DNA from: a virus
Length of the DNA: 64,000 bases
Direction: 5' to 3' (one strand)
Virus record (IMG/VR): IMGVR_UViG_3300032282_002676
Location: 5,647-69,646 of that record
Shown in pieces: positions 21,306 to 32,693 of the stretch. The notes under the pieces were generated by a model, which saw nothing but the letters and a program-made list of their open reading frames with translations, was not told the DNA's origin and did no database searches. The position numbers and the translations under genes were made by a program. How positions within the stretch are numbered: the stretch's first letter is position 1; each line of letters begins with the position of its first letter.

Positions 21306-22880
21306 TTAAAATCTAACAATAAGTTTTATGTTTTCTGCCTGACCATCTGCTCTGGTCGTCTTTACTGCATTTTCTGTATACAACAAATCGCCACTATATG
21401 GTTGAAGTGTTGGAGGTGTTGTATTGATAACAAGTCTTGAAGTGCCACTATTTGCTCCAATAAGTGGAGAACCAGCAATAAATCTACCTTTTACGTTTGT
21501 CAGTTTAACCACATTTGTGACTGTACTTTGTGTAATCAAGGATCCATATGCATTTGCAGTAGTCGGTGAGGTACCTTGATATACAAATTCGTCATAATCA
21601 TACGAAAGCCCAGAACCTAATTGTACGTCAGTGGTTTGAGATATGACGGAATCAGCGTTTACTGATGTTATTGTGTTGGCATCACCGTATTTATGCGGGT
21701 TTACCAATATACCATACTGGCGGAATGTTGTATTTGCCGAGATTATATCACCTTCAGTTGAGTCAATTTCACCCATTCTGACTGCTACCATAACATTGGA
21801 AGCACCTAATTCCCTGGCTGGATTATAAGCATGACCATATTTCATATCCAAAATTGGTCTAGCAGTCGCACCTGTACCAGTTCCATACACGAAGGCATTC
21901 GCTCGACTATAACTAATACCGATTGTGGAAACTGTTATTTTGGATACGTTTGTATTACTAAGAGTTGGAGTAGCAACAACACCAGTTCCATCACCCTCAA
22001 CATATACCCGAGTGGTTAATGATAATTGTTTTTCTGCTGTAACTCCACCACCAACTGCAACAGTTGGAGTGGATATTGTTATCTTAGTGTTTTGTGTATC
22101 AACTGCGGTAACATAAGTTCCTGGAGCAATACCAACTCCAGACAGAGACATATTTGCAGAGATATTCACAAAAGGTAAATCAATTGTAGTGTAAATTGTC
22201 AGTGATGAACATCCAATATTGAATGTTGGAGAAGCATATAAACTTCTCTCATAGTAGTTTGCACCAGTGTTTGACACTACGATTGTTGTCAATTCACCAT
22301 CAACAACATCAATAGGATTAACACCATAATCTAACTGTGAAGTGGATGTTGGTACTGGAATCCAATCAGCAGAAAGAAACTTGTTGGAAGGTTTAACGTT
22401 ATACATATACTTCCAAAAATAACCATCAGAAGTTGCAATATTACCATTCGAAGATGTATAATCTCCAGTTGGTTCAACTGTAGAATTTGCTGATGCATTA
22501 TTGGACAAACACTTATACACATTACGCTGAGATGTAATAACATACATCGGCTTAACATTTAATGAAGTGTTGCCTGTCAAAAGGTCACTTAACGTTACTT
22601 GATCATCATATTGTTTGTATTTGGTATTTGATGTCCATATAACTTTAGGAATAACGAGTTCAACATCATTGCCTGTAATTCTTTTGGCGGCATACATGTT
22701 ATCCCACGAGGTTTTTTCATCAAAGACAGAATCGGTAATAATTGGTGGATTACTCTCATTAGCATAAGCCAAATGATTGCCAATGAATACATATCCAACT
22801 TCCGGCGATGGTTCATAGAAAGATTCTTTGAACTGAACGGCAGTGATATAAGATAATTTTTTAGAAGTTACTGAAGTCAT
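21306..22880 (-). CDS. gp8: Baseplate wedge subunit gp8
   Basis: WDNMYAAKRI, VYKCLSN, DGYFWKYMY motifs; lies after gp7. Confidence 0.85.
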   Translation of the reverse strand: MTSVTSKKLSYITAVQFKESFYEPSPEVGYVFIGNHLAYANESNPPIITDSVFDEKTSWDNMYAAKRITGNDVELVIPKVIWTSNTKYKQYDDQVTLSDLLTGNTSLNVKPMYVITSQRNVYKCLSNNASANSTVEPTGDYTSSNGNIATSDGYFWKYMYNVKPSNKFLSADWIPVPTSTSQLDYGVNPIDVVDGELTTIVVSNTGANYYERSLYASPTFNIGCSSLTIYTTIDLPFVNISANMSLSGVGIAPGTYVTAVDTQNTKITISTPTVAVGGGVTAEKQLSLTTRVYVEGDGTGVVATPTLSNTNVSKITVSTIGISYSRANAFVYGTGTGATARPILDMKYGHAYNPARELGASNVMVAVRMGEIDSTEGDIISANTTFRQYGILVNPHKYGDANTITSVNADSVISQTTDVQLGSGLSYDYDEFVYQGTSPTTANAYGSLITQSTVTNVVKLTNVKGRFIAGSPLIGANSGTSRLVINTTPPTLQPYSGDLLYTENAVKTTRADGQAENIKLIVRF

Positions 22881-22902
22881 AGTCTTTATTTATTCGTTGT
22901 TC

Positions 22903-25900
22903 CTATTGGATTATAATCAATGGTTTATCATTGGCAGTCTGAGTGAAAATGCCTTTGCTGTTTACATTCAAAATTGCACCTGTTCCAGCACCAGTTCGAA
23001 TAACATTTGGTGGATAGAAGTATTCACCTACTGTATTAATTGTGATGTTTTGAATTGCTCCAGTAGAATTCACTGTAGCATAAGCATTTGCTATAGTATT
23101 CACTTCATTAAAGTTGACATCAAACACAGCAATTGTTTGTACGTTTCCAGATGCATTAACTGTAAACACAGAATTAGTTTGTACGTTACTATTTGCAGTA
23201 AAGTAAACATTTGCCGTATACAACGTATTTGCTGCGGTTGTTGCAATTAAATTGGCAATGTTCGTTGTATTGGCATTATATGATAATCTAAATGTAACGC
23301 CTCTGCCGCCCTGTACATTACCAGTTGCAGATATTAACGTTGGACCCATACCAAGAGTAAACACTGCATTACCGGTATTTGGAGTTGCAATAGGTGCGGT
23401 GGTATAGATACCGCCGGATGCTAATACATTAACATTTTCAATGTATCCTCTACTATCAACTCTAATAATTGCATTTGCCACATTTATACTAGAGAATGGT
23501 CCACCGCCTGTAAATATAACATAACTATTTACAGCAGTTGGTGGATTAGCATTCATCGTTATTGCAAATGAAGCATTCCCAGCATTTGCGTTTGCAACAG
23601 GAACTCCCCAATACGAACCAGAATATTGAAGAACCACGTTTTGAATATAGCCAGCAGTGTTCACATAGATTCTAGCATTCGCAGCAGTATTACCATCACC
23701 GCCACCTTTAAATATTACAAAACTATTTACACCTACAGCACCAGAATTAGCATTAATACTCGATACAGTTACTACATTTGGATAAACATTTAAAACTGCC
23801 GTATCAATATTAATATTACCACTATTTGCAAACAGACCAGCATTGTTTATAATTGTTCGAATAACTGCACCCGATGCACTTGTAACAAAACGAATATTAG
23901 CATTTGTTAAAGGTCGTGAGTTTGCTAGTTGTGATGCATTTGCAGTCAACGAAGTATTGACAAGTGGTGATCCACCCATAACAATAATATAACCATCTGT
24001 GTATCCTGCACCACCTGCTGTTGGCAAAACTTCAGTAATAGAAACTGCGGTATTATCCACACCGATTTTTGGCACAGTACGATAAAGACCTGAGTTAATA
24101 ATTCTAATTGAAGTGGCATCAACAACACCATTCGCATCTACCGTATAAGTAGCATTTGCATTGATGACTGGATCACCTCCAGTAAATCTAATATAACCAT
24201 TTTGATGAGCACGACCGTAGTATGTTACAGTGTTTGCGGCAATCGAAGATATGTTTATTGGTGATGTGTTCAACACACCATTTGCTTTTACCGCTAAATC
24301 ATTCAAGAGAACATTTGCCGTATTTGGATATAATCCAGAATCCAAAATAGTCAGTTTACGAATTGCACCGTTTGAAGAATATACTTCAACAGCAACTTGT
24401 GCGGAACGATTTGCAGTACCTCCACCTGAAACAATCAGAATACCATTTGAATGTGCTCTTCCATGATTGGGTTGAGTATTCATTGTAAACAATGCATTAC
24501 CGGAGTTTGCAGTTGCTATAACGGTATTAACATTCGTATATGCGCCAAATGATGAGAATAAAACGTTTACGATAGCACCAGTGGAATCAACAAATATTCT
24601 AGCATTTGCTGGTTTAATTGTAGTTCCACCGCCAGTAAAGACAACAAAACTATTTACTCCATATGCGCCAGCGTTTATAGCCAATCCTCTAATTCCGCCC
24701 GTCATAGTAACAGTAGAAATCACGAGATTTGGACTCGGATCAGGAGTAATTCCTGGATTGGCAACATATAAACCACCATCAATAACATTCACACTTCTAA
24801 TAGCACCATTTGATGGATAAACTTCAAACGATACGTTTGCTGCTCTATATGGCGCACCACCAACTATAGTTAGATAACCGTTTGCATAACCTGCGCCAGT
24901 GTTGGCAATAGTAATTGAACTGTTCGTTAATACTTTATGTGAAGAATAGAAAGGTCGAGCGCCTGGTTTCTGTGAAAATAATCCGCCATTTGTAACCGAG
25001 GTACCAACAATAGCACCTGATCCATTTACAGTTACTGTACCAAATGCAGTAATTGCTTGATCGGCATCATACCATACAATTGGACCATTTTGATAACCAG
25101 AACCGGGATTTAAAATTGTAACTGATTGGATTGTTCCACCACCACCAGAGAATGTTAGATAACCATTTGAATAACCTGAACCCGCTTTTGTAATTTTTAT
25201 TTCAGATACATTCGATGATGTGATTAATGTTGTGTTAGAGTTGATTGATGCGACCTTTCTTATCTCACCATTTACGGCAACATAAGAACCTACAGACAAA
25301 GCACCTCGTTGTACTGCTAAATTAAATTTAGTATTTGAGCCTGTAATAACAATACTACCATTACCGACACTTACTCTACCAGAAATTGTTACATCACTTA
25401 TATTTGAAACCGTAATATTATTTGCATTAATTGTGCTAGTTTGCTTGAAGTCTGCATAGTTTACAAATCCTACAGGATGCAGAAGTTCTTTCAACATACT
25501 CTTATACCGGTAAAATTCGGTCTGTGAAGAAATAATATAAGAATAATCTACATAATACTCTTTACCAGCAATCTTTCTTTCGGTTGATGAAAGAATAGAA
25601 TCTGAAGTTGTCCAACGGCCTGGCGAAGAAAGATAGGAACGTTCAATTTCAACTTGAGTAATTGCACCAGTACCTTGATTGGTAATAATTTGTGCAATAG
25701 GTGCATACTGATAACCAGAGCCTGCAACTAAAACTTGTGATGAAAGAATGGAACCAGGAGCAGAATTAGTTGTTGCTTGTAGTCTCTCGTTATCCGATGC
25801 AATCGAATCAATTTCAACATTTGCTCCAACGCCAGTTGCAGATGAAACTGTTATTATTGGAAAATTATTTTGTACATAACCTTCTCCTCCTAAAGGATAA

Positions 25901-27702
25901 CGGTTAAAAACTTCTACACGATAAGAATCGGAAGTTGTAAATGGAAGAGTAACTTCCAATACTGTTGGACTCGATACTGATGCAATAGTACGAGACTGAT
26001 TATTGATGTTGATTATGTCTTTAGGACCTAATAGCATAAAATCAGTTCCAACACCAGTCACAATAGTACAAGCAGCAACAACAGTTGCTATACCGGATAT
26101 TGTGGCATTAGATACAGCAATTCTGGTAATTGCACCTGTAGTATTTGCATTTGCCACTTTAGCATAAGCATGTTGACCATGTGTTCCAAGTGGATTCCTA
26201 CCAAAAACAATTGTGTCACCTATCGCATAATCTCTACCGCCATCATTAATTTTAAATCGTGCTATTGAACCTAAACTTCTTGGAGTTCTTGGTGTATTTG
26301 GTTCACCGTAAAGTGCTCCAAACACATCCAATGTTGGAGTAACTGTTGTAGTTTCAGTCGAACCTGGAAGAATTTTAACGTTCGAAATTGGACCAACTTG
26401 TAACGTGATATATGATAGAGCATCAACAATTCGAGTGCTTACATTTTCACCAGTTGGATTATTCGCATTTGGAAATCCATAATCCGCGGCACTAATTAAA
26501 GTATTTCCAGCATGTATAGAACCATTAAATTTTGCAACGGTATCTGTTGAAACTATGAATGTGTTAGCAGCATTTTTACCAGTTAAATCAATTCCATCAA
26601 CAACAATGGTTAAAGGAAAAGTATTACCAATAAGTCTGACTGGATCACCATTCGCAAATACTGCGCCGCCATGATAAATTAAAACACGATCTGGAGTTCC
26701 TCTATAGATGTCTGTGACAACACCTACAGCATTTGATGTTGGAAAACCACCAAACACCAAAATAGGATCACCAATGTTATAGTTAATACCACCATCAAGT
26801 ATATTAATTTTTTTGACAATTGAGAACGTTGTCGCACGAACTTCAATGAATACTCCATTAGCATCAACGATAGGAATAGAAACTTCTTCGCCGTTTAAAA
26901 AATTACCTACTAATGAATCGTTATTAACACGAAGTTCAATAGGTAAACCTAAATTCAAAGTATCGGAAACAATTCTTGTACTTGCTTGTTCTATAATAGC
27001 CGATGCACCAGAAGTTAATCCTGTAACTTTTCGATTATACAATATATCGGGATTAATTGTGTCATAATTAACCAGAATGACTGCATTGTTTGCTGGTGGT
27101 GTCGTAAACCTTAATTTTCTATACTCACGATTTACAAGATAGTTTCCAGTTTGCAATTCACCATTTACATATACCGTTATCTCATCTTGCCCGGAAATTT
27201 GTGCAAGAACGAATGTATTGTTTAGACCATCACCAATATAACGTGATGCGACTTGAGTGTTAATTCGAAGTTTTTGATCTGTTATCCAACCACTACTAGA
27301 TGATTTAAGGACATTATTTTTAGGTAAAATAATATCAATATCTTCACCGAATATCAAACGGAAAAGAAGTTTGAAAGAACTATCGCTACCTTTAGACTTA
27401 TATAATGAAACTAGATGTTTAAACAGTAGTGCTTTATCTGCTTGTACTTCCAATGGCACAAGCGTAGCATACATGTTATAAAAACTATTTTCAAAGGCTT
27501 CAATTGAATCATCTACATCAGAAATTGTGCGTAGACTTTTTGATACACTTATAAGATCATTATTTGCTGATGCTTGTTTTGTTTCCAGAAACTGATAATA
27601 TGCTTCAAGGAAATTAACAAACGTAGGATATTCGTCCCGAACAAATTCAGGAACTTGACGATCAATTAAAACTGATGTTTTTAAATCTGTATTTGCTGAC
27701 AT
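22903..27702 (-). CDS. gp7: Baseplate wedge initiator gp7-like, with extended repeat C-terminus
   Basis: QVPEFVRDEYPTFVNFLEAYYQFLE, LYKSKGS..SFKLLFR, YYVDYSY...LLHPVGF motifs; follows gp6. Confidence 0.8.
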   Translation of the reverse strand: MSANTDLKTSVLIDRQVPEFVRDEYPTFVNFLEAYYQFLETKQASANNDLISVSKSLRTISDVDDSIEAFENSFYNMYATLVPLEVQADKALLFKHLVSLYKSKGSDSSFKLLFRLIFGEDIDIILPKNNVLKSSSSGWITDQKLRINTQVASRYIGDGLNNTFVLAQISGQDEITVYVNGELQTGNYLVNREYRKLRFTTPPANNAVILVNYDTINPDILYNRKVTGLTSGASAIIEQASTRIVSDTLNLGLPIELRVNNDSLVGNFLNGEEVSIPIVDANGVFIEVRATTFSIVKKINILDGGINYNIGDPILVFGGFPTSNAVGVVTDIYRGTPDRVLIYHGGAVFANGDPVRLIGNTFPLTIVVDGIDLTGKNAANTFIVSTDTVAKFNGSIHAGNTLISAADYGFPNANNPTGENVSTRIVDALSYITLQVGPISNVKILPGSTETTTVTPTLDVFGALYGEPNTPRTPRSLGSIARFKINDGGRDYAIGDTIVFGRNPLGTHGQHAYAKVANANTTGAITRIAVSNATISGIATVVAACTIVTGVGTDFMLLGPKDIININNQSRTIASVSSPTVLEVTLPFTTSDSYRVEVFNRYPLGGEGYVQNNFPIITVSSATGVGANVEIDSIASDNERLQATTNSAPGSILSSQVLVAGSGYQYAPIAQIITNQGTGAITQVEIERSYLSSPGRWTTSDSILSSTERKIAGKEYYVDYSYIISSQTEFYRYKSMLKELLHPVGFVNYADFKQTSTINANNITVSNISDVTISGRVSVGNGSIVITGSNTKFNLAVQRGALSVGSYVAVNGEIRKVASINSNTTLITSSNVSEIKITKAGSGYSNGYLTFSGGGGTIQSVTILNPGSGYQNGPIVWYDADQAITAFGTVTVNGSGAIVGTSVTNGGLFSQKPGARPFYSSHKVLTNSSITIANTGAGYANGYLTIVGGAPYRAANVSFEVYPSNGAIRSVNVIDGGLYVANPGITPDPSPNLVISTVTMTGGIRGLAINAGAYGVNSFVVFTGGGTTIKPANARIFVDSTGAIVNVLFSSFGAYTNVNTVIATANSGNALFTMNTQPNHGRAHSNGILIVSGGGTANRSAQVAVEVYSSNGAIRKLTILDSGLYPNTANVLLNDLAVKANGVLNTSPINISSIAANTVTYYGRAHQNGYIRFTGGDPVINANATYTVDANGVVDATSIRIINSGLYRTVPKIGVDNTAVSITEVLPTAGGAGYTDGYIIVMGGSPLVNTSLTANASQLANSRPLTNANIRFVTSASGAVIRTIINNAGLFANSGNINIDTAVLNVYPNVVTVSSINANSGAVGVNSFVIFKGGGDGNTAANARIYVNTAGYIQNVVLQYSGSYWGVPVANANAGNASFAITMNANPPTAVNSYVIFTGGGPFSSINVANAIIRVDSRGYIENVNVLASGGIYTTAPIATPNTGNAVFTLGMGPTLISATGNVQGGRGVTFRLSYNANTTNIANLIATTAANTLYTANVYFTANSNVQTNSVFTVNASGNVQTIAVFDVNFNEVNTIANAYATVNSTGAIQNITINTVGEYFYPPNVIRTGAGTGAILNVNSKGIFTQTANDKPLIIIQ

Positions 27703-29759
27703 TATGCAGTTTCTAATGTTGTAGTAATTGAGACAGGATCATCTTCATCAATCGTAATAATGGTATTTTTAGATGTGCTGACAATACCTTTTTCGGATTC
27801 CATAGTTAAACGTATTAGTCCATCAATAGATGAGACTGAATTGATCAATATATTATTAATGAAAATAACACCAGAATTATAATCAATTGTGCCGGCAGTC
27901 TCATCAATAATTTGTCGTTCTGCATTTGTGTCATAATAGACTGTTCGTATTGTACCTGTACGTGCGTCAACAATCGCTTCTGCCGAGGCGCCAGAACCAT
28001 TGCCACCAGTAATAGTAACAACAGCACGGGTATATTCAATACCACGATTAACAATACTAATATTTTGAATTGAGCCATTTACAATAGTGGCCACGGCAGT
28101 TGCTCCTGCACCATCACCGGTAATAGTAACTGTTGGTGCAGTTGTATAACCTGAACCAGGACTCAACACATTAATTGCCGAAATGCCAGAGTATGACTGA
28201 GGTATCTCTTCAAACTGCACTTCTCTCTCAGCACCTAACGAATCAAAAACTTTAAAGAATGTAGAAGTCATCTTATTCGAAATAGTACCACGATGGAGAG
28301 GAGCATTAAAATTAATTGTATAGTTTGCTGCTGAACCTAACGTGGGTTCAAATCGTTTTTGAAGTCTTAATGTTACTGCTGAACCAATAATAGCATTCTT
28401 TTCTGTAGCATCAATATCATCTTGCACTTTAGAAAGAACCAATTTTGAGTCAAACTTATCCAATGTTCTAACTTTATAATTAATAACGGCATTACGAATG
28501 GAAGTTTTAAGTTGATCTGACGTTAATATAGTTTTCTTTGAATCATAAGTAATGTTTGAAGAAATCAACAGGTACAAAAATTCAGGATCACGAATAACTG
28601 TTTGCACTGCCACAACTGCTTTTGGTGTAATAATCTCATCAATGATTCTTTGCTTCTCTGTGTCAGAAAGGTAATAATTAACTTTTGGTTTAATGGAAAC
28701 AAACACACGACCAAAAATTGGAGGCACTTCTTGTTCACCACCCCAAACAGATACCGAATCTGCTGCAGGATAATTTTTCATTATGTATGATTCATAATCT
28801 TTATAGGTGATCAAACGATTCTGTGTAGTAAACTGAAGAGGCGCAGCAAACTTAATACCATCCACACTCTCACGTTCAGAACCGCCCGCTGCTTCACCAA
28901 CAGGATCAATAGTAAAATTGGTTTGTGAATTACCTAATGAATCAACTAAAGTTCCAGTTGCAACAAAATTATTTGCTTTATTGGCCTCGGTGCCATTTGT
29001 AATCAAATATGAAATTGAAACTGTTGAACCGTCAGATATACTTTTACCAATAACATCATTACCAAAGTAAATATCATATTTCTGACCTTTACTTTCCTGG
29101 AGAAAGAATACCTCAGATGCAGTCGTAGTTGCACCAGCATCTGGAGCATAAGAATAAATTCTAGTTTCTGTATTTGTTGTTGATGGTTGAACTGATACTG
29201 ATATTGTGGATGTATCTACATCAGGATCAGGTAATGTGAAGATTTGTTTTGGATTGGTTGATTGGTTATGTGTATAATTATAACTTACCAATTGACCTTC
29301 GTGTATCTCCAAACCTTCAAACGAAAAATTAGTATTCGATTTAGTTACGGTAGATTCGGCAAGAGTTACAAATCCATAACTGACTCCATCAATCTCATTT
29401 GATAGAAAACGAAATCCTTTAGGTATAGTCAATGTTGCTACAGTATTTGAACCGGAGTTAGCAGTAAAATTAATTGTAGCAACGGGTGCTTTGTTTGAAT
29501 GTGGAGTATAACCTAAAACTTTGGCATGAGAAGCAACAGAATCACGAAGTAAAGCGGTATCCATAAATGCTTCATTTGCCACCATGTTTAGGTAGTATGC
29601 TTGATAGTGGGTATTATAAGCAAGAATGTCCAGCAGAACACTTAGTCCAGAACCTTCAAAATCATAGTCGGAAAACTGTGATTGCTGATTTAGGAATGTT
29701 TTTAAATTTTGCTTGATCGTATCAAAATCAAGTTCGGTAACTCTTAAACGGTCTGCCAT
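27702..29759 (-). CDS. gp6: Baseplate wedge subunit gp6
   Basis: LDFDTIKQNLK..DYDFEGSGLSVLLDILAYNTHY; QNRLITYKDY; WGGE. Confidence 0.95.
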   Translation of the reverse strand: MADRLRVTELDFDTIKQNLKTFLNQQSQFSDYDFEGSGLSVLLDILAYNTHYQAYYLNMVANEAFMDTALLRDSVASHAKVLGYTPHSNKAPVATINFTANSGSNTVATLTIPKGFRFLSNEIDGVSYGFVTLAESTVTKSNTNFSFEGLEIHEGQLVSYNYTHNQSTNPKQIFTLPDPDVDTSTISVSVQPSTTNTETRIYSYAPDAGATTTASEVFFLQESKGQKYDIYFGNDVIGKSISDGSTVSISYLITNGTEANKANNFVATGTLVDSLGNSQTNFTIDPVGEAAGGSERESVDGIKFAAPLQFTTQNRLITYKDYESYIMKNYPAADSVSVWGGEQEVPPIFGRVFVSIKPKVNYYLSDTEKQRIIDEIITPKAVVAVQTVIRDPEFLYLLISSNITYDSKKTILTSDQLKTSIRNAVINYKVRTLDKFDSKLVLSKVQDDIDATEKNAIIGSAVTLRLQKRFEPTLGSAANYTINFNAPLHRGTISNKMTSTFFKVFDSLGAEREVQFEEIPQSYSGISAINVLSPGSGYTTAPTVTITGDGAGATAVATIVNGSIQNISIVNRGIEYTRAVVTITGGNGSGASAEAIVDARTGTIRTVYYDTNAERQIIDETAGTIDYNSGVIFINNILINSVSSIDGLIRLTMESEKGIVSTSKNTIITIDEDDPVSITTTLETA

Positions 29760-29760
29760 T

Positions 29761-30183
29761 TTATCTAATTCTCTCTAAGAAGAAATCTATGCTAATTGGG
29801 TTAGGATTATTAATAATAAAAAATTCCAATTTTATACTGTATAAATTTTCATCAGGTGATGCTATCGCAGAGATATTGGACACACTAACTCTAGGTTCAT
29901 AATTCGAAATCGTTTCAACAATTGCTCTTTCTAACCGAGCAGCAACCAATGGATCAACATTCTCAAACAGCAAATTGCGAACACCCGAACCAATTTCTGG
30001 TCGGAATGGACGTTCATAATAGTTTGTAGATACCAGGTTTTTAACCGAGTTTATGATAGCATATTCGTTTACATGTTTGGTAATATCTTTCTTGACCGGA
30101 TGAATATTGAAATTCAAATCCAGATCACTGAATGATCTTTCAGACTGTATACGTGGATTATTGGATGTTATTGTTGTTGACAT
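29761..30183 (-). CDS. gp25: Baseplate wedge subunit gp25
   Basis: FSDLDLNF...AIINSVKNLV.T..YERPFRPEIGS...YEPRV. Confidence 0.95.
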   Translation of the reverse strand: MSTTITSNNPRIQSERSFSDLDLNFNIHPVKKDITKHVNEYAIINSVKNLVSTNYYERPFRPEIGSGVRNLLFENVDPLVAARLERAIVETISNYEPRVSVSNISAIASPDENLYSIKLEFFIINNPNPISIDFFLERIR

Positions 30184-30194
30184 TGTTTATTTAT

Positions 30195-30500
30195 TCAGCC
30201 TCCAGCGAAAACATTACCTGAACCTGACGTTACGGTATGTCCAGAATACGCATCCCCTAATCGTCCAATACCTTTACTATTAACAAAAACTGAACCGGAA
30301 TATGAAGTCAACGGTACAGTATGTGGTACACAAGAATCTCCGACAAGAATCAAATGTACTTGACACAGGTCTCCTGCACGAACTGCACCAATACTATTCA
30401 CACGAACGTCCGAAGAACCCTGATCGGTTACCGTTGTAGCATCACAACCATGTCCGGTGGATACAGTATCAGTTCCAGATTTACGAGCAACTGCTGGCAT
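30195..30500 (-). CDS. gp5.4: PAAR-type spike tip protein (gp5.4-like)
   Basis: MPAVAR, GS.DVRVN..GAVRAGD, GRLGD, GSGNVFAGG; His/Cys metal ligands; follows gp5. Confidence 0.9.
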   Translation of the reverse strand: MPAVARKSGTDTVSTGHGCDATTVTDQGSSDVRVNSIGAVRAGDLCQVHLILVGDSCVPHTVPLTSYSGSVFVNSKGIGRLGDAYSGHTVTSGSGNVFAGG

Positions 30501-31366
30501 TATGGATTCAAATCAATCTTAGGTGCTTTGAGTGTCATATTTCCACCCGATGTTATCTTACAAGTACCACCAATATCTGCTTGATAGTTACCACCAACAG
30601 TCATTTGTACATTCCCATCAACATAAATGGTAACATCGCCCTTAACATAAACTTGTTCGCTACCAACAACAACTTCAAACTTGTTTCTCTGTATTCTTTC
30701 GGAACGGTCACCTAATGGACCATATTCAACATAAGAACCTGATCGATGATATAGATGGATTCGTTCAGCATCTTTAGTATCATCAAACTCTAGTGCATGA
30801 CCTGATTCGGATTCATACACATTATTATATGGGTACTTGGCATTGTAGTATGAACTCGGTTCAACTTTGCTTGCCTTCTTTGTTTTCTTTGCAGTATTAA
30901 TTGGCGATGGATAATCTGAATCGTTTCTTGCCAACCGTGATGTTGTTGGTTCATCCAGTTTGCGTGGATAGTTTGTAGCAGACTCGTCAGGTTTAACTGG
31001 TGCCGATGACAACTCACCTGATGTACGAGGATCAGAAAATGGTTCTTGACGATTACCTGCTTTTAATGGAATGCTAGGAAATGATCCAAGCATTACAGGT
31101 TCTTGTGCATGTTCACCATCAACAAAGAAACCAAATACCATATCGCCTTCTCTTGGCGCATACACATTGGACATATTTACTGGTATGCTAGGTGTTGCCC
31201 ACGGTAACATGTTTGTTGGTAATTGCATCTTGTTGGGTGAATGCCAACCAACACATCGAACACGACACCGACCAAGTTTCAATGGATCTTGGCGATCTTC
31301 AACAGTACCCATCCACCAAGTGAATCCATTTTTACCAGCGAAGTCTTTATTTTCGTAATCAGCCAT
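30500..31366 (-). CDS. gp5: Baseplate central spike gp5 (OB-fold plus short beta-helix, no lysozyme domain)
   Basis: WWMGTVEDRQDPLKLGRCRVR..G.H; YPYNNVYESESGH.LEFDDT..ERIHLYHRSGS; only 288 aa. Confidence 0.9.
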   Translation of the reverse strand: MADYENKDFAGKNGFTWWMGTVEDRQDPLKLGRCRVRCVGWHSPNKMQLPTNMLPWATPSIPVNMSNVYAPREGDMVFGFFVDGEHAQEPVMLGSFPSIPLKAGNRQEPFSDPRTSGELSSAPVKPDESATNYPRKLDEPTTSRLARNDSDYPSPINTAKKTKKASKVEPSSYYNAKYPYNNVYESESGHALEFDDTKDAERIHLYHRSGSYVEYGPLGDRSERIQRNKFEVVVGSEQVYVKGDVTIYVDGNVQMTVGGNYQADIGGTCKITSGGNMTLKAPKIDLNP

Positions 31367-32693
31367 TTACCGCTTTCAACACTTCATTTTGTTTGGGACT
31401 GCTTGTTGTTGGTTTAGTCTTACTCGAATCTGTTACGATTTCAATTAAAGTTTCATGTTTATTATTTGTGATGATATGTCTAGTTGCAATAATTATATAC
31501 TTACCACTAATTGAACTATCATCATTATCATCACCTTTTGTCTTTGCACCAAATCCAGGTATAGTTAAGTCAACATTTAAACCTGAAGTCAATTGAAAAT
31601 TGCCCGGCATAACTAACTTTACTTTTTTAGAAACAAGATTCTTCAACAATGATTTTCTTTGAAATGCATAGTTCTCATATGTTTCCACTTTTGAAATGGA
31701 AGATGGATCGTTTTTCTTTATATAATTACTGTTCTTTCGACCGGCACCGTTTATACTTAACACTTTTCTGGAATCATGTGTCGTTAAAGTGGAAGTATTG
31801 TCACGGTTAAAAACTTCCACAGCATTAGGATTCTTATTACCATGGTCCATTGCAGAATACACATCTTCATGTGTGATTTGTTTTTGTCCAAACGAACGTG
31901 TGATTGGATCAAAACCAATAAACGTACCTGCATTTACACCAGCCCGTGTCTTTTCTATAATATCATCTTGCTGTAGAATTTCAAATGCTCTTGCGCTGCT
32001 CATCTCTTGCAGCGAGTTCTTTGATGACAAATTTTTAGGATCAAAGTTAATATTCAGTATAGACTGTTTAGTTAAAAGTGTGGAAAGAGTAACAAAGTTA
32101 AATCCTAAGTTATTACGGAAAAACATATAGTTTGGAGAATTCTTAGCATCAATTGACCTCTTAGCACACCATTCAATTGCATCCAAAGGAGTCAGATTAG
32201 GTACCACAATCTTCTTTATACCGTAAGTCTTTTCAATTAATCCACGATTGGCAGGTTCAACCTTCAAGTAATTTTTCATTATTTTATCCACAATATCCGA
32301 ATACGTGGACTCATAACTCTGTGTTATTCTTTGTTGTTCGGAAAAGAAAAATTCATCCGAAACAAAGTGGAGAACATAACGTTCACTATTTTGATTTATA
32401 TTCCTGCGATCAGTTTGTTTGTATATACGAAATGACTTTTTAAATGAACCAATATCTGAACCGTCACTCTTTTCAAAAGCCATTGCTATGACTTCCGAAC
32501 CATCAAATGCCAGTTTATCGGAAAGATTGTTTGCATCCGTAATCAATATATTACCAGACATTACAGGAAGAAACATAGAATCAAAGATATTCAATTCTTC
32601 ATATAACGAAGTTACCTCTATTGAACCGCCTTTGGAAACAATCGTAATATTCTTAACATAAAACTGTGTTGATTCGGTTATCTTAAAACTCAT
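31359..32693 (-). CDS. Putative baseplate hub protein (gp27-like)
   Basis: 444 aa between gp53 and gp5; C-terminal SGKYIIIATRH motif typical of hub proteins. Confidence 0.6.
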   Translation of the reverse strand: MSFKITESTQFYVKNITIVSKGGSIEVTSLYEELNIFDSMFLPVMSGNILITDANNLSDKLAFDGSEVIAMAFEKSDGSDIGSFKKSFRIYKQTDRRNINQNSERYVLHFVSDEFFFSEQQRITQSYESTYSDIVDKIMKNYLKVEPANRGLIEKTYGIKKIVVPNLTPLDAIEWCAKRSIDAKNSPNYMFFRNNLGFNFVTLSTLLTKQSILNINFDPKNLSSKNSLQEMSSARAFEILQQDDIIEKTRAGVNAGTFIGFDPITRSFGQKQITHEDVYSAMDHGNKNPNAVEVFNRDNTSTLTTHDSRKVLSINGAGRKNSNYIKKNDPSSISKVETYENYAFQRKSLLKNLVSKKVKLVMPGNFQLTSGLNVDLTIPGFGAKTKGDDNDDSSISGKYIIIATRHIITNNKHETLIEIVTDSSKTKPTTSSPKQNEVLKAVNG